In this document: one piece after another, positions 24,605 to 36,094 of the stretch | Layout of the letters: every line of letters starts with the position of its first letter | Numbering within the stretch: position 1 is the stretch's first letter | Source: Mobula hypostoma | Lineage: Eukaryota | Direction of reading: 5' to 3' | NCBI RefSeq assembly: GCF_963921235.1 | Contig: NC_086097.1 | Span: 203,920,001-203,984,000, forward strand | Length of the DNA: 64,000 nucleotides | The notes under the pieces: model-generated | What the model was told of the DNA's origin: nothing | What the model saw: the letters and a program-made list of their open reading frames with translations, nothing else | The model's database searches: none | Program-made: the position numbers and the translations under genes

Positions 24605-25290
24605 AAGATTAGATTAGCTTATGAGGACACTCAGTCCTCTTTTATTGTCATTTAGTAATGCATGCATTAAGAAATGATACAATGTTCCTCCAGAATGATA
24701 TCACAGAAAACACAAGACAAACCAGGACTAAAAAACTGACAAAACCACATAATTATAACATATAGTTACAACAGTGCAAAGCAATACTGTAATTTGATAG
24801 AAGAACAGACCATGAGCATGGTAAAAAAAGATCTCAAAGTCTCTTGAAAGTCCCATCATCTCACGCAGACGGTAGAAGGAAGAAAACTCTCTTCCTGCCG
24901 TGAGCTTCCAGCGCCACAAACTTGCCGATGCAGCATCCTGGAAGCACCCCGACCACAGCCGACTCTTGAGTTCGTCCGAAAACTTCAAGCCTCCGACCAG
25001 CCCTCCGACACCGAGCACCGAGCACCATCTCTGCCGAGCGCTTCGACCCCGGCCCCAACAACAGGCAATAGGCAAAGCCGAGGATTTGGGGCCTTCCCCT
25101 CCAGAGATTCTCGATCGTACAGTAGCAGCGGCAGCGACACGGGCATTTCAGAAGTTTCTCCAGATGTTCCTCCGTGCTTCTCATGTCTGTCTCCATCAAA
25201 TCAGGATTGTGCATGGCATCCTACTTCACAAATATGATATTAATTCGGAGCGGCCGCGTGGGCTGTGTCGCGCCACCATCTTCTCCTCCC
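24605..25290 (-). mobile_element. Short non-autonomous retroposon (LINE-like 5' head joined to LINE-like 3' tail)
   Basis: Minus strand starts GGGAGGAGAAGATGGTGGCGCG, is CpG-rich, has no TE ORF, and ends ATGACAATAAAAG..(CTAAT)n. Confidence 0.5.
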
Positions 25291-27014
25291 CTCAGACAGT
25301 CACATTTGCATTTCTTACATTATTGTCACACCAGACCAGCCCGTACTCATTATGGAACATTGCTGAGAACTTGCACTATAGTGCAACGGAAGAACACATT
25401 GTTTGAATATTCACAGGACAAATGGATATCTGCTGGCCGAAGATGTCCAATTAGCTATGTACGTTATATAGACCTTTGTCTTTGGGACATCACTCCATGA
25501 ATCCTCACAAATCCTTTATAAATCCTTAACCCTGCAGTTTCCCCATATCTGACTTCCTCCTGTCCCAAATGACTCCTACTGGACTCAACAGGCCACATGC
25601 TGGTTACAATCTCCAATCCACTTCAGAACTACCAACCTGACCCTCTTTCTTCCTCCTTTTGACAATGCCAGTCCAAATTACATCTTGACCTGATTCCTCC
25701 TCCTCAACACTTCCAGTAATGTAACCTAAATTCCTCCAATCCTTCTGAGAATTCTGGTCAGATTCACAATCCTTGCATTTCTATTAATATTGATCCAATC
25801 TCCTCCAACCTCAATCCCTCCAATTATCCTGATCACAATTTCCCAATTTTTTTAACACAACTCTGCACCACTTTCCCTATACTATACCTACCCATCACAG
25901 CCCACCTCTCTACCCCAGCTCAGCCCACTCGAACCAGCCAACTTGCCCAAAACACATCACTGTCAGCATGTTTTCCACCAAAGCATTGTTTTCGTGAAGA
26001 GCCAGTCATCAAGACCAGTTTTGGCACTCTATTGCAGCACTCACCTCATACATTCAAAAAGAATGCACTCGAAGTTCTAGGCATGATATTTCTCCAAGTC
26101 TTAACAGATCACTTTACATTATCACATAGCTTTCCCATTTCTGGAGTCTATTCAAGTATAACTACTCAGTTCTGACATAATCCTTGTAAATCCATGCACG
26201 GCTTTAAATGCAGTCTAATCATAATTTTTTAAACAGTGTTGAAAAATAATTTTGCTATTTAATGCTGTCCTTGGAAATTAGCCATATTAATTGCTACTTG
26301 TAGTGATTGTATACCTGTGCCCTAGATTCTGCTTATCTACATCCACTTGTGTCCACTTTGCTGATTAGACTAGTCTGAAGCAGAATGTGGGGTTGATGAT
26401 ATACAATTCTCAGTCCACTGATACTATTGTCAGGATTGCAATAGGTCATTGGAAATCTGAGGGAGTAGGACACTAATGTGGTTAGATGAAAAGACTCACT
26501 ATTGAATGAAGTAGTCCATCTCAAACCTCAAGGAATGCAAGATCCCAGCAATGTGGTGTTTTGTCATGCTGCTGACGTGATAGTCTTTGGCTTCTGTTAA
26601 ACATCCATTTAACTCTTAGAGCTGATGTCGACAGCTCATTCAAACCAATAGCTAATGGTATCCCTAAGATGATGGATGTTTAATAATGGTGAAGTTGTTG
26701 AGGGTCAGGTGATGGCCATTGAGTTTTATCTTAAGCAAAGTAGTCATTATGTTTCATTAACAAGCTCAAATTTAACCTGTCACTTGATGGTGCTGGGCGA
26801 ATGTTGTTTTGTTCTGCTGCAGCTGGCATGTTCACAACAGCTGTGATTAGAGCTAAATGACATGGATTCAACAGTAAACAGCGGTGAAGGAAAGTTACTT
26901 CCTTCCTAGTCTTTTTGGCTAGCACCTTTTGTACCAGCTTGAATGGGGAGTAGCTAAATTCTAGAGTCTTTCTGCCTGTCTCCAGTGTATGAAGATTAAA
27001 AACATTTAAAACCC

Positions 27015-27520
27015 TAAAGCATAGGAGCAGAAAAAGGCCATTTGGCCTACTTAATCATGGTGATTTATTTTTCCTCTCAACTACCTTCTCCCTGTTACCT
27101 TTGACACCTTTGCTAATCAAGAACCTATCAACCTCAGCTTTAATTATACCCAATAACTTGGCCTCCACAGCCAATATGGCAATAAATTCCAGAAAATCAT
27201 TGCCTTCTCATTAAAGAAATTCCTTCTCATTTTTGTTCAAAAGGAATGTCCTTGTATTCTGAGGCAGTGCCTCCAGGTCCTAGACTCCCCCACTATAGAA
27301 ACATCCTCTCCACATGCACTCTACCTAGGCCTTTCAATATTCGAGAAGGTTTCAATGAAATCCACCTCATTCTTCTAAACTCCAGCGAGTACAGGTCTAG
27401 AGCCATCGAATTTTAATCTTCTCTTTCCCGGAATAACTCAGATAAAACCTCTTCGGACATCGTCAATGCCAGCACATCCTTTCTTAGATATGGAGCTCAA
27501 AACTCCTCACAGTATCACCT
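27015..27520 (-). mobile_element. CR1 3' fragment, degraded
   Basis: ATAGGAGCAGAA..GGCCATT 3' UTR plus decayed C-terminal coding sequence. Confidence 0.75.
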
Positions 27521-27814
27521 TATGCCCTAGAATAGGAAGGAGATACAAGGCCAAGAATGCAACCATTGAATACTCAGCAAGTTGTGCTGCATGTAATGCG
27601 CATTTGATTGGGAAAAATTGGACTGCATTAACTGATATTTTTCTCTTCTGTAGTTAAAAAGCTTGATAGTCAATGATAAGTTTGCATCTGAATGGTGGTC
27701 ATAAAATTCTATAAGATCAATTACAACTGTACACCTCAAGAAATGAACGCATTTAATAAAGAGGGGAATGGGCTGAAAGAGGTAAAAATAAGAATCTGTG
27801 TCTCGTGAATGTTT

Positions 27815-29162
27815 AGAGTTCAAAGTTCAAAGTAAAAATTTATTATCGGAGTACATAAATGTCACCATGTACAAGCCTGTAATTCATTTTTTACGGGCAT
27901 ACTTAGCAAATCTATACAACAGTAACTGTAAACAAACTGTGCAAATGCAGATATAATTAAATAGCAATAAATAACAAGCATGAAATAACAATATAACAGA
28001 GTCCTTAAATAAGTATAGCTATCGTCTTTTGTCCAAGAGCCTGATGGTTGAGGAGCAGTAACTGTTCTTGAACCTGGTTGTCTGAGTCCTGAGGTACCTG
28101 TGCCTTCTACCTGATGGCATCAGTGAGAAAAGAGTGTGGCCTGGGTGGTGAGGATATTTGATGACTGATGCTACTTTTCTACGGCAATGTTTCATGTAGA
28201 TGTGCTCAAAGGTTAGGAGGGTTTTATTTGTGATGCACATGGGTTGAATCCACTACCTTTCGTAGGATTTCCCACTCAAGGCATTGGAGTTCCCATACCA
28301 GTGCAGCCAGTCAGCACACTTTCCACCACACACCTATAGAAGTTTGCCAAAGTTTTCGATGACATGCCGAACCTTTGCAGACTCTTGAGGAAGTAGTGAA
28401 GCTGTCATGCTTTCTTTGCGATAATATTTACATGATGGATCTGGGACAGGTCCTCTGAGATAGTGACACCCAGGAATTTAAAGTTACTGACTCTTGCCAT
28501 CTCTGATTCTCCAATGATGGACCCTGGTTTCCTTCTCCTACACTCTACAATCAGTTCCTTGGTCTTATTGACATTGAGTGTGACGTTGTTGTTATTACAC
28601 CACACAGCGAAGTTTTCAATCTCCCTCTTGTATGCTGATTCATCACCCCCTTTGATACAGCCCACAACATTGGTGTCATCAGCAAACTTGTATGTGGTGT
28701 TGGAGCTGTACTTAGCCACACAGACATAAGTGTAAAGCGAGTAGAGCAGGGAGCTAAGTACACATCCCTACGGTACTTCTGCGCTGATGGAGATTGTGGA
28801 GGAGATGTCTTTGCTAATCCAAACTGACTGAGGTCTACAAGTGAGGAAATCCAGGATCAATTGCACAAGGAGGTATTGAGGCCCAAGTCTTGGAGTTTAC
28901 TGATTAAATTTGAGGGGAGGATGGTGTTAAATGCTGAGCTGTAGTTGATAAAGAGCATCCTGATGTATGCATCTTTGCTGTCCAGCAACGTGTGAAGTGC
29001 CAATGAGATAGTATCTGCCGTAGACCTGTTGCTGTGGCAGGTGAATTGGAGCAGATCCAAGTCACCATTCAGACAGGAATTGATATCCTTCAACACCAGT
29101 CCCTCAAAAACCCTTCATCACTGTGGATGTAAGTGCCACCGGGCGATAGTCATTTAGACAGG
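27815..29162 (-). mobile_element. Rex/Babar LINE (RT to tail), frameshifted
   Basis: [45 protein letters not shown]; (TTTGAAC)n tail. Confidence 0.88.
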
Positions 29163-30335
29163 AATTTAGTCACTTAGAATATATTCCCTGAACCATCTCC
29201 AAACTGACACAAAGTAACATCATTGTATTTATTGTTTACAAATTCCGCCTGACAGGAACCAAGGGTGAAGACCAGCCAGGGAAGCTGAGCTCTCGAGCAG
29301 GACTTTTCTTACAGGTCACACATTCTGTACAGGGGCAGCCACCAAGCTGTTGGGAGTAAAAGAAATATTTTTGTTCCTTGTACAGGATGCAGCAGGACTG
29401 CTTAATGTGACTTGGTTTTCTGGCAGCTATTTCTTTAAGTGGGCAACAGGCCAAACTCTGAAGAATTTGTACAGCTAGGGTCTTTTGAGGGCTGCCACAG
29501 CCACAACTTCTCTTTTCCAGTTTGGTACAGGGAAAAATTCCCAGACAATAATCCTGCTTGGTGTTTATACAAGTTAATAAAATGAGATGAACCTGGAAAC
29601 GTATCTGGGTTTCCCTGGGGTCAAAATGGATCTTACAATAGAGCAAGACGAGGGTGAGAATTCAAACATGACCTTATTACACTTTACTCAGTATCCAGAA
29701 TAAAGTGTGATGGTGAGGTGTTCCTCTGTTGCATGCACTAACCGCAGGAAATTTCTGCCATGATTTTGTGCATTGAGCTAACTGTAGTGAAGAATGAGAG
29801 ATAAATTCTCCGTCAGACATGAATTTCAAAGGTGGAGTTCATCACCTAAATGTCACTACTGTGAATGTTTTACGTGTATGATATAGAGGACAAATTTCTA
29901 TTTTACTGTACTTGAAGTCTTTGCAGTTAAAGTAAACATTTCATTCCTTGATAAAGTGCCCCAAATCTTGTAATAAACATAGAAATCAAAACAATTTTTG
30001 AACACAGGATGATAATCCTTATTCCCAGTTAATTTTTGAGTAAATAGCCTAACGATTTTTCTTTCTCCTCTGTTTGTACTTTCCACCTGCAAAATCTGCA
30101 GGCTTCAAAATTTAAAAATCGAATGTGTCTCAGTAACTTTTCTTTTCTTCCCTTTGCTTCATTTGCACTCAAAATCAACAGCTGCTCTGAAATCATGTGA
30201 TATCCCAGATTTGCACCATAGTTCAGTTGAAGGTCTTGGCTGTGTTTAGGCATGTCAGCTGAGTTAACTTCTTACACTCTTAAGGCTGATTGCCCAAGGG
30301 TTTCTGTCTTTCTGAGAATGCTTTGTTTTCTGCAG

Positions 30336-30405
30336 ACCGTCCAATCAGAACAGTGCATCCAAAGAATCTCAAAAGCAATAGATGCCTGAATTATATGAGA
30401 AACAG
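30336..30405 (+). other. Candidate exon (unverified)
   Basis: Acceptor TTTGTTTTCTGCAG and donor CAG|GTATGA; one open frame. Confidence 0.25.
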
Positions 30406-31029
30406 GTATGAAGAATCATGTCCAGACAAAGGCTTTCTTTAGTCCATTAAAACAAATATTCCACTGCTTCCTTTGGAGATGTTGAGAAGTCTCCAATCAA
30501 ACTGCTCACTCATTAGCATTTCATTAAAAATTATTTGTCAGTAGAAATGTCTTACTGATTATTTCATTTGATTTGTATACTTGGAGAAAAACTGAGATCT
30601 TGTTCCTTTCCCAGGAATTATTTTTATAGCATCTTGTTGTTTGCAAAGTTGCTCGGCTGCATGTTTTGTCATGCACACTAATGCTTGCGCCACTGAAGAT
30701 ACAATTTTTGGAATGTGGCTGGCTTTTTATTTGAAGTCGTTGTCGATATTGGTGAATGGTTCATGGGCAGAATGAGGGCTGACAAACTTTTGGTGTAATA
30801 ATAAAGATGAAATAAGATATTAACTAGCAGACCTATGAACTTAAATATCCAATGTCACTATTCAATGAACAGAATGTAAGTGGTATAGTTTCACCCCATT
30901 GAAAACAGAGCATATGATTTTTATTTACTTGTTGTTTGTAGGACTTAATTGTCCTGAGCAAATAAGGTAGGGTTAAATGATAGGTCAGGGATCTTACCAC
31001 TAAACCTATCTTTACCTCTTCCCCCCTCT

Positions 31030-31802
31030 CTCCACTCCCTGTAGGAATTTCTCCCTCTTGTCTCTCCCCATTAATCTCTTTCCCATCACTTATCCCTGCA
31101 AGTGGCTGAAGTGCTACACCTGCCCATTCACCTCCTCCCTCACCTCCATTCAGGGCCCCAAACAGATCTTCCAGGTGCATCACTTCACCTGTGAATCTGC
31201 TGGGGTCGTCTGTTGTGCCTGGTGCTCCCATTGCAGCCTCCTACATTGGTGAGACCCGTCACAAACTGGGGGACCACTCTGTTGAGCATCTCTGCTCCAT
31301 CTGCCGAAAGTGGAAATTCCCAGTGGCCAAACATTTTAATTCTGATTCTTGTTCCCATTCTGACATGTCAAGAAGAGGTCAGTCTCAGGGTGGAGGAACA
31401 ATACCTTGTATTCCGTCTGTATAGCCTCCAATCTGATGTCATGAATATTGATTTCCCCTTCCGGTAAAAAATAATTCCCTCCCCTTCCCCTCTTATTCTA
31501 CTCCCCACTCTAACACTCTATCTTCCTACCTCTTCTCACCTCCCTATCACCTCACCCTGGATCTCCTTCTCCTTCCCTTTCTCTTATGGCCCACTCTCCT
31601 CTCCTATCAGATTGTTTCCTCTCCAGCCCTTTACCTTTCCTACCCACCTGACTTCACCTATCACCTTCTAACTATCCTCCTTCCCCTTCCTCACCTTTTA
31701 TAATTGCATTTTGCCCCAGTTCTGAAGAAGGGTCTTGGCCTGAAATGTTGACTGTTTATTCATTTCCATAGATGCTGCCTGACTTGCTGAGTTCCTCCAG
31801 CA
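31030..31802 (+). mobile_element. Penelope-like element fragment (GIY-YIG, 3' region, decayed hammerhead at 31717-31754)
   Basis: YPCKWLKCYTCP, HFTCES.GVV, YIGET..KLGD..EH, PVAKHFN, EEQ.L.FRL motifs across three frames. Confidence 0.85.
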
Positions 31803-32109
31803 AGTGAAAATTTCCTGTTTTGTTCTCCAACCCTCCATTTACTACAATCTCCAACATTGCAGCCTGCCAACCAAGGCCCCTCACCAGAGATAAAACTGCA
31901 GAAGGAGTACAACCGTCACTCTTCCACAGGGTTTTGTGTATCGTGGTCCAGGAATTCAGTGGCATTCCGTCCATACTTATTGTGCTGAACAGATACCTCA
32001 GCATTTACTAGGATGCAGAACAAAAGGCTGGTCAGCCAGAAACTGCGAGAAGAGAAAGAGAATGACCCAATTTCAGTTGAAAACCCTTTGTTGACCTTAA
32101 AAGTTAACC

Positions 32110-32345
32110 CCGCGGAGATACAAAAGTCTGCATATGCTGGAGTCTGGAGAAACTCAAAGTACTGGGGAATCTCAATGGGTCACATAGCATCTATGGAGGG
32201 AAGTGGACTGTGATGTTTCAACCTGGGGACCTTCATCTGGACTGGAATGAGGGTACAGAGAATTTCCTCAGATGCTTCCTGCTCTGCTGAATGTTTACAG
32301 CATTTTAAAATTCTATTTCAGATTTCCAGCGTCCACAGTTTTTAA
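32110..32345. mobile_element. Old PLE-terminus fragments in inverted arrangement
   Basis: Minus-strand terminus with degenerate hammerhead (32205-32245), then plus-strand GATGCT..CTGCTGA..CCAGC terminus. Confidence 0.45.
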
Positions 32346-32605
32346 TTGATTTTTATATACCTCTGGGATTGATAAGATATCTACAATATTGGAATTACCA
32401 TCTTCTTGGGCTTCAGTAATGCAAGCTAGAGCTACTGAAAGCACCAAATACCTTATGTAAATTGGAATCCTATGCATTTTCAGTTTTGAAGCAACTCCAC
32501 ACCCAGCTTGCCATGTGTTTACCTTTACCAGCAAGGTTTGATGTTAATCCCCAGATTTTTACACAGACACAGCCTACAGATTAGTTTTTGGTTGCTATTT
32601 TGGAC

Positions 32606-34675
32606 CATAGAGTCATAGAGAAGTACAGCACAGAAACAGGCCCTTTGGCCCATCCAGTCCATGCTAAAACCATTCAAATGACTACTGACATTGACCTGCA
32701 CCGGGACTGCAGCCTTCCACATCCCCACCATCCATGCACCCATCCAAACCTCACCAAAATGTTGAGATCGAGTTTGCATGCACCACCGGTACTAGTAGCA
32801 CACTCCACACTCCTACAACCCTACGAGTGAAGAGGTTTCCTCCATGCTTCCCCCAGCTTCCCACCCTTCACTCCCAACCCATGACCTCTGGTTCCGGTCC
32901 TATCCAACCCCAGTGGAAAAAGCCTGTCTGCATTTACCCATCTACACCCCTCACAATCCTGCACACCCCCACCAAATCTCCCCTCAATCTTCGACGCTCC
33001 AAAGAACACAGCCCTAACCCATTCAATCTCTCTCCACAAATCAGGTCCTCGAGACCCAACAATATCTTTGTAAGTTTTCTCTGCACTCTTTCAACCTTGT
33101 TTACATCTTTCTTGTAGGTAGGAGACCAAAACTACACACAATTCTCCGAATTAGGGCCTCACCAATGTCTTGTACAATTTCAACATAACATCCTGTCTTC
33201 TGTGCTCAGTACATTGATTTATGAAGGCCAATGTGCCAAAAGTCTTTTTTATGACCCTATCTACCTGTGATGCTACTTTCAACAAGTTATCGACCTGTAA
33301 TCCCAGACCCCTTTATCCTACCACATTCCTCAGTGCCCTACCATCAATATGTAAAACCTACCCTGCTTGGTCCTACTAAAGTGGTAGAGCAAAGGGATCA
33401 AAACCTTGCATTTGTCTGCATTAAATTCCATCTGCCATTTTTTTAGCCCATTTTTCCATCTGATGCAGATCCCTCTGCAAGCCATGATAGCCTTCCTCAC
33501 TGTCCACTGCACTCCGCAATCTTGATGTCATCCGCAAATTTGCTGATCAAGTTTAACCACATTACCATCCAGATCATTGATATAGATCACAAACAACAAA
33601 GGACCCAGCACCGATTCCTGTGGTACTCTACTTCTCACAGGCCTCCAGTCATAGAGGCAACCAGCTACCACCACCCTCTGGCTTTTCCCACAAAGCCAAT
33701 GGCAAATCCAATTTACTAACTCATCCTGAATGCCGAGTGACTGAACCCTCTTGTCCAGCTTCCCATGCGGATCCTTGTCAAATTCCTTACTGAAGTCCAT
33801 GTAGACAACATCCACTGCCTTGCCTTCATCCACTTTCCTGGTAACTGCCCTGAGAAACTCTATAGGATTGGTTAGACATGACTTACCATGCACAAAGCCA
33901 TGCTGACTATCCTTAATCAGTCCATGTTTATCTAAATACTTACACAGTATATCCGGTCCCTTAGAACAGTGGTTCCTAACCTCCAGGCCGCGGACTGATA
34001 CATTATCGTGAAGAATGCAGCGGTAGCTGGGACGCACCCTGCACATCTTTAAGAAAAAAGCTGAAATAAACAAGCTAATTAATTAGGTGCCGCCCGGCAC
34101 GTAAATGTCAGCCCAGATCAGAGGTGATTGCCGATTGCGTCGCCTCTGATCTGGGCCGACATTTATGTGCCGGCAGCACCTAATTAATTAGCTTGTTTAT
34201 TTTGGCTTTTTTCTTAAAGTTGTGCTGGGTGCATTCCGACTACTGCTGCACCACTGCATTCTTCATGGCAATTTATCAGTCTGCGGCCTGGAAGTTGGGG
34301 ACCACTGCCTTAGAATGCCTTCCAATAACTTTCCCACAGCTGATGTCAGACTCACCAGCCTATAATTTCATGGTTTCTGTTTAGAGCCTTTTTAAACAGC
34401 AGAACAACATTGGCTATCCTCAATTCTCTGGTACCTCTCCTGTCACTAAGGATGTTTTAAATATCTCTGCTAGGGCCACGGCAATTTCAGCACTTGCCTC
34501 CCTTAGGGACCAGGGGGACTCCTTGTCAAGCCATAGGGATTTATGCACCCTGATTTGCTTCAGGATAGCAAAGACCTCCTCCTCTGTAATCTGAACATGG
34601 TCCATGAAGTTGATGCTGTTTTGCCTCACTTCTGTAGACTTTGTATTCATCTCCTGAGTAAATACAGATGCAAAG
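32606..34675 (-). mobile_element. CR1 LINE (RT to 3' UTR) with nested hAT MITE and a T>C-clustered 3' part
   Basis: DSQHGFV..KSCLTN, YMDFSK.FDK, VPQ.SVLGP motifs; same subfamily as 56873-57243; (CTATGACT)-like tail. Confidence 0.9.
33967..34307. mobile_element. Palindromic hAT (Charlie-like) MITE
   Basis: Ends CAGTGGTTCCTAACC...GTTGGGGACCACTG; perfect 8-bp TSD CCTTAGAA at 33959-33966 and 34308-34315; whole element is an imperfect hairpin. Confidence 0.92.
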
Positions 34676-34790
34676 AATGTGTCTGTATTTGTCCATGGTT
34701 TAATCTTTGGGCAATTCTGAGCATGTTTCCTCACTGTATTGAGGAGAAGATTCTACTGACATTGTATGGTTGTTGTCTGTCTTATTATAG

Positions 34791-34875
34791 GATGGACCCA
34801 CCTTCAGAGCTGAAGGACAAGGGGTTGGAGCAGACAGCATGTAAATCAGTGAAGCATCAGGAGGCCAAATTCATG
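34791..34875 (+). other. Candidate exon (unverified)
   Basis: Branch-like CTACTGAC at 34753-34760, acceptor TTATTATAG, consensus donor ATG|GTAAGT; one open frame MDPPSELKDKGLEQTACKSVKHQEAKFM. Confidence 0.3.
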
Positions 34876-35358
34876 GTAAGTCTATGCGCTGGACAAGAAA
34901 TCGAAGCAATGATGCAAACCGTGAACTAAAATGTTGGCAGATGGGTCACAACCAGCATGAAAGTTATCCCCCACCCTGTCCACAGGATGCATCATGATTC
35001 CATATAAACTTTTTCCTTAATCAGTATTGTCCTATTTGTACAATATACTGTCAGTGTCTATAGGGAATCGGTGGAGGGAGGAAGTGCTGCTGGTTGCAGG
35101 AGCAGGCCAGTTGCATGAGAATTGTGAGCAGATTTCTGTTCACTGGAAAGATCTAGGCTTTGAATGCCATGCTGAATGTTGAAGCAAGTGAGCTATCGTT
35201 GAGAAAACACACACAATTCTGTGATTTTCATTATTTCATAACATTAACCTCAAAATATTACTCTCTCTGATCTCTTCCAGGAAAACTGTGAATACAGCAT
35301 GGTGCTTTCCTACTCTTTTGTCAGTCCGAGTTCAGGAAGAAAAAGTTAAGCTTGGTGA

Positions 35359-35499
35359 CTTAATGTCATAAATTATCGAGGAACCAATGATGAAATCTTT
35401 TCTAAGAACATTACAATTTTCATCATTTTCTAGCCTTTCCCATATTGCATAGTTTTGCTTCAATATTGGAACAACACTTGTATTTTGTATTCTGGCCAT
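35359..35499 (-). pseudogene. Pogo/Tigger-like transposase N-terminal HTH (CENP-B type) remnant
   Basis: VV.ILKQ..AIWERLEN.EN.NVL.KDF.IGSS.IYDIK resembles the Tigger/Jerky psq-type HTH. Confidence 0.6.
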
Positions 35500-35629
35500 T
35501 TTGGCTATGTCATATCTGACATAGTGATAGCACAGTGAAATACAATTGAGATTATGAATTGCATTGGTATCCAACTGCTACCTATAAATAATCATATATA
35601 ATTAAGAGAGGGCTAGGAATGGGGGATGA

Positions 35630-35912
35630 ATGAAACTAGAGGGCATAGATTTTATGTGTGACAGAAAAAAAGTCAACAGAGACTTCAAGGGCAATATTTT
35701 CTGAAGGTGATGGGTAAATTGAATGTGCTGCTAGAGGAAGCCATAGATGCAGTACAATTACCACTTTTAAAAGACAGCTACATGGATAGAAAAGGCTTAG
35801 AGGGATACGGATCAAATGCAGACAAATAGGACTAGCTCAGGTAGACATTTTGGTCAGCATAGATGAGTTGGACTAAAGGCACTGTTCCCAAGCTCTATGA
35901 CTCTATGACTAT
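35630..35912 (+). mobile_element. CR1 3' end, degraded
   Basis: AACTAGAGGGCATAG.. to (CTATGACT)n tail. Confidence 0.7.
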
Positions 35913-36094
35913 GGCAGCTGTGAGAGGACACACTGTGTGAACAAAATCACATTGGGATCTGATGCTTCAAATTCAAATTTACGTTTTTTTTTACTTTTAT
36001 GAAATTATTTAATATACTTAGAAATTGTTGCCCTTTTCATAAGAGTTCTGGTTAATTCTAGATATTGGATAAATATGATAATATTTACCCTGCA

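Noticed and set aside
24900..25500. 168-aa and 108-aa ORFs
   Set aside because: Antisense frames of a GC-rich repeat; no motifs
25490..25960. Strongly G-poor strand
   Set aside because: No homologue in the window to test for directional editing; probably an old LINE remnant or low-complexity DNA
29236..29646. 136-aa Cys-rich ORF
   Set aside because: No recognisable domain or regular Cys spacing; non-ATG start; no splice support
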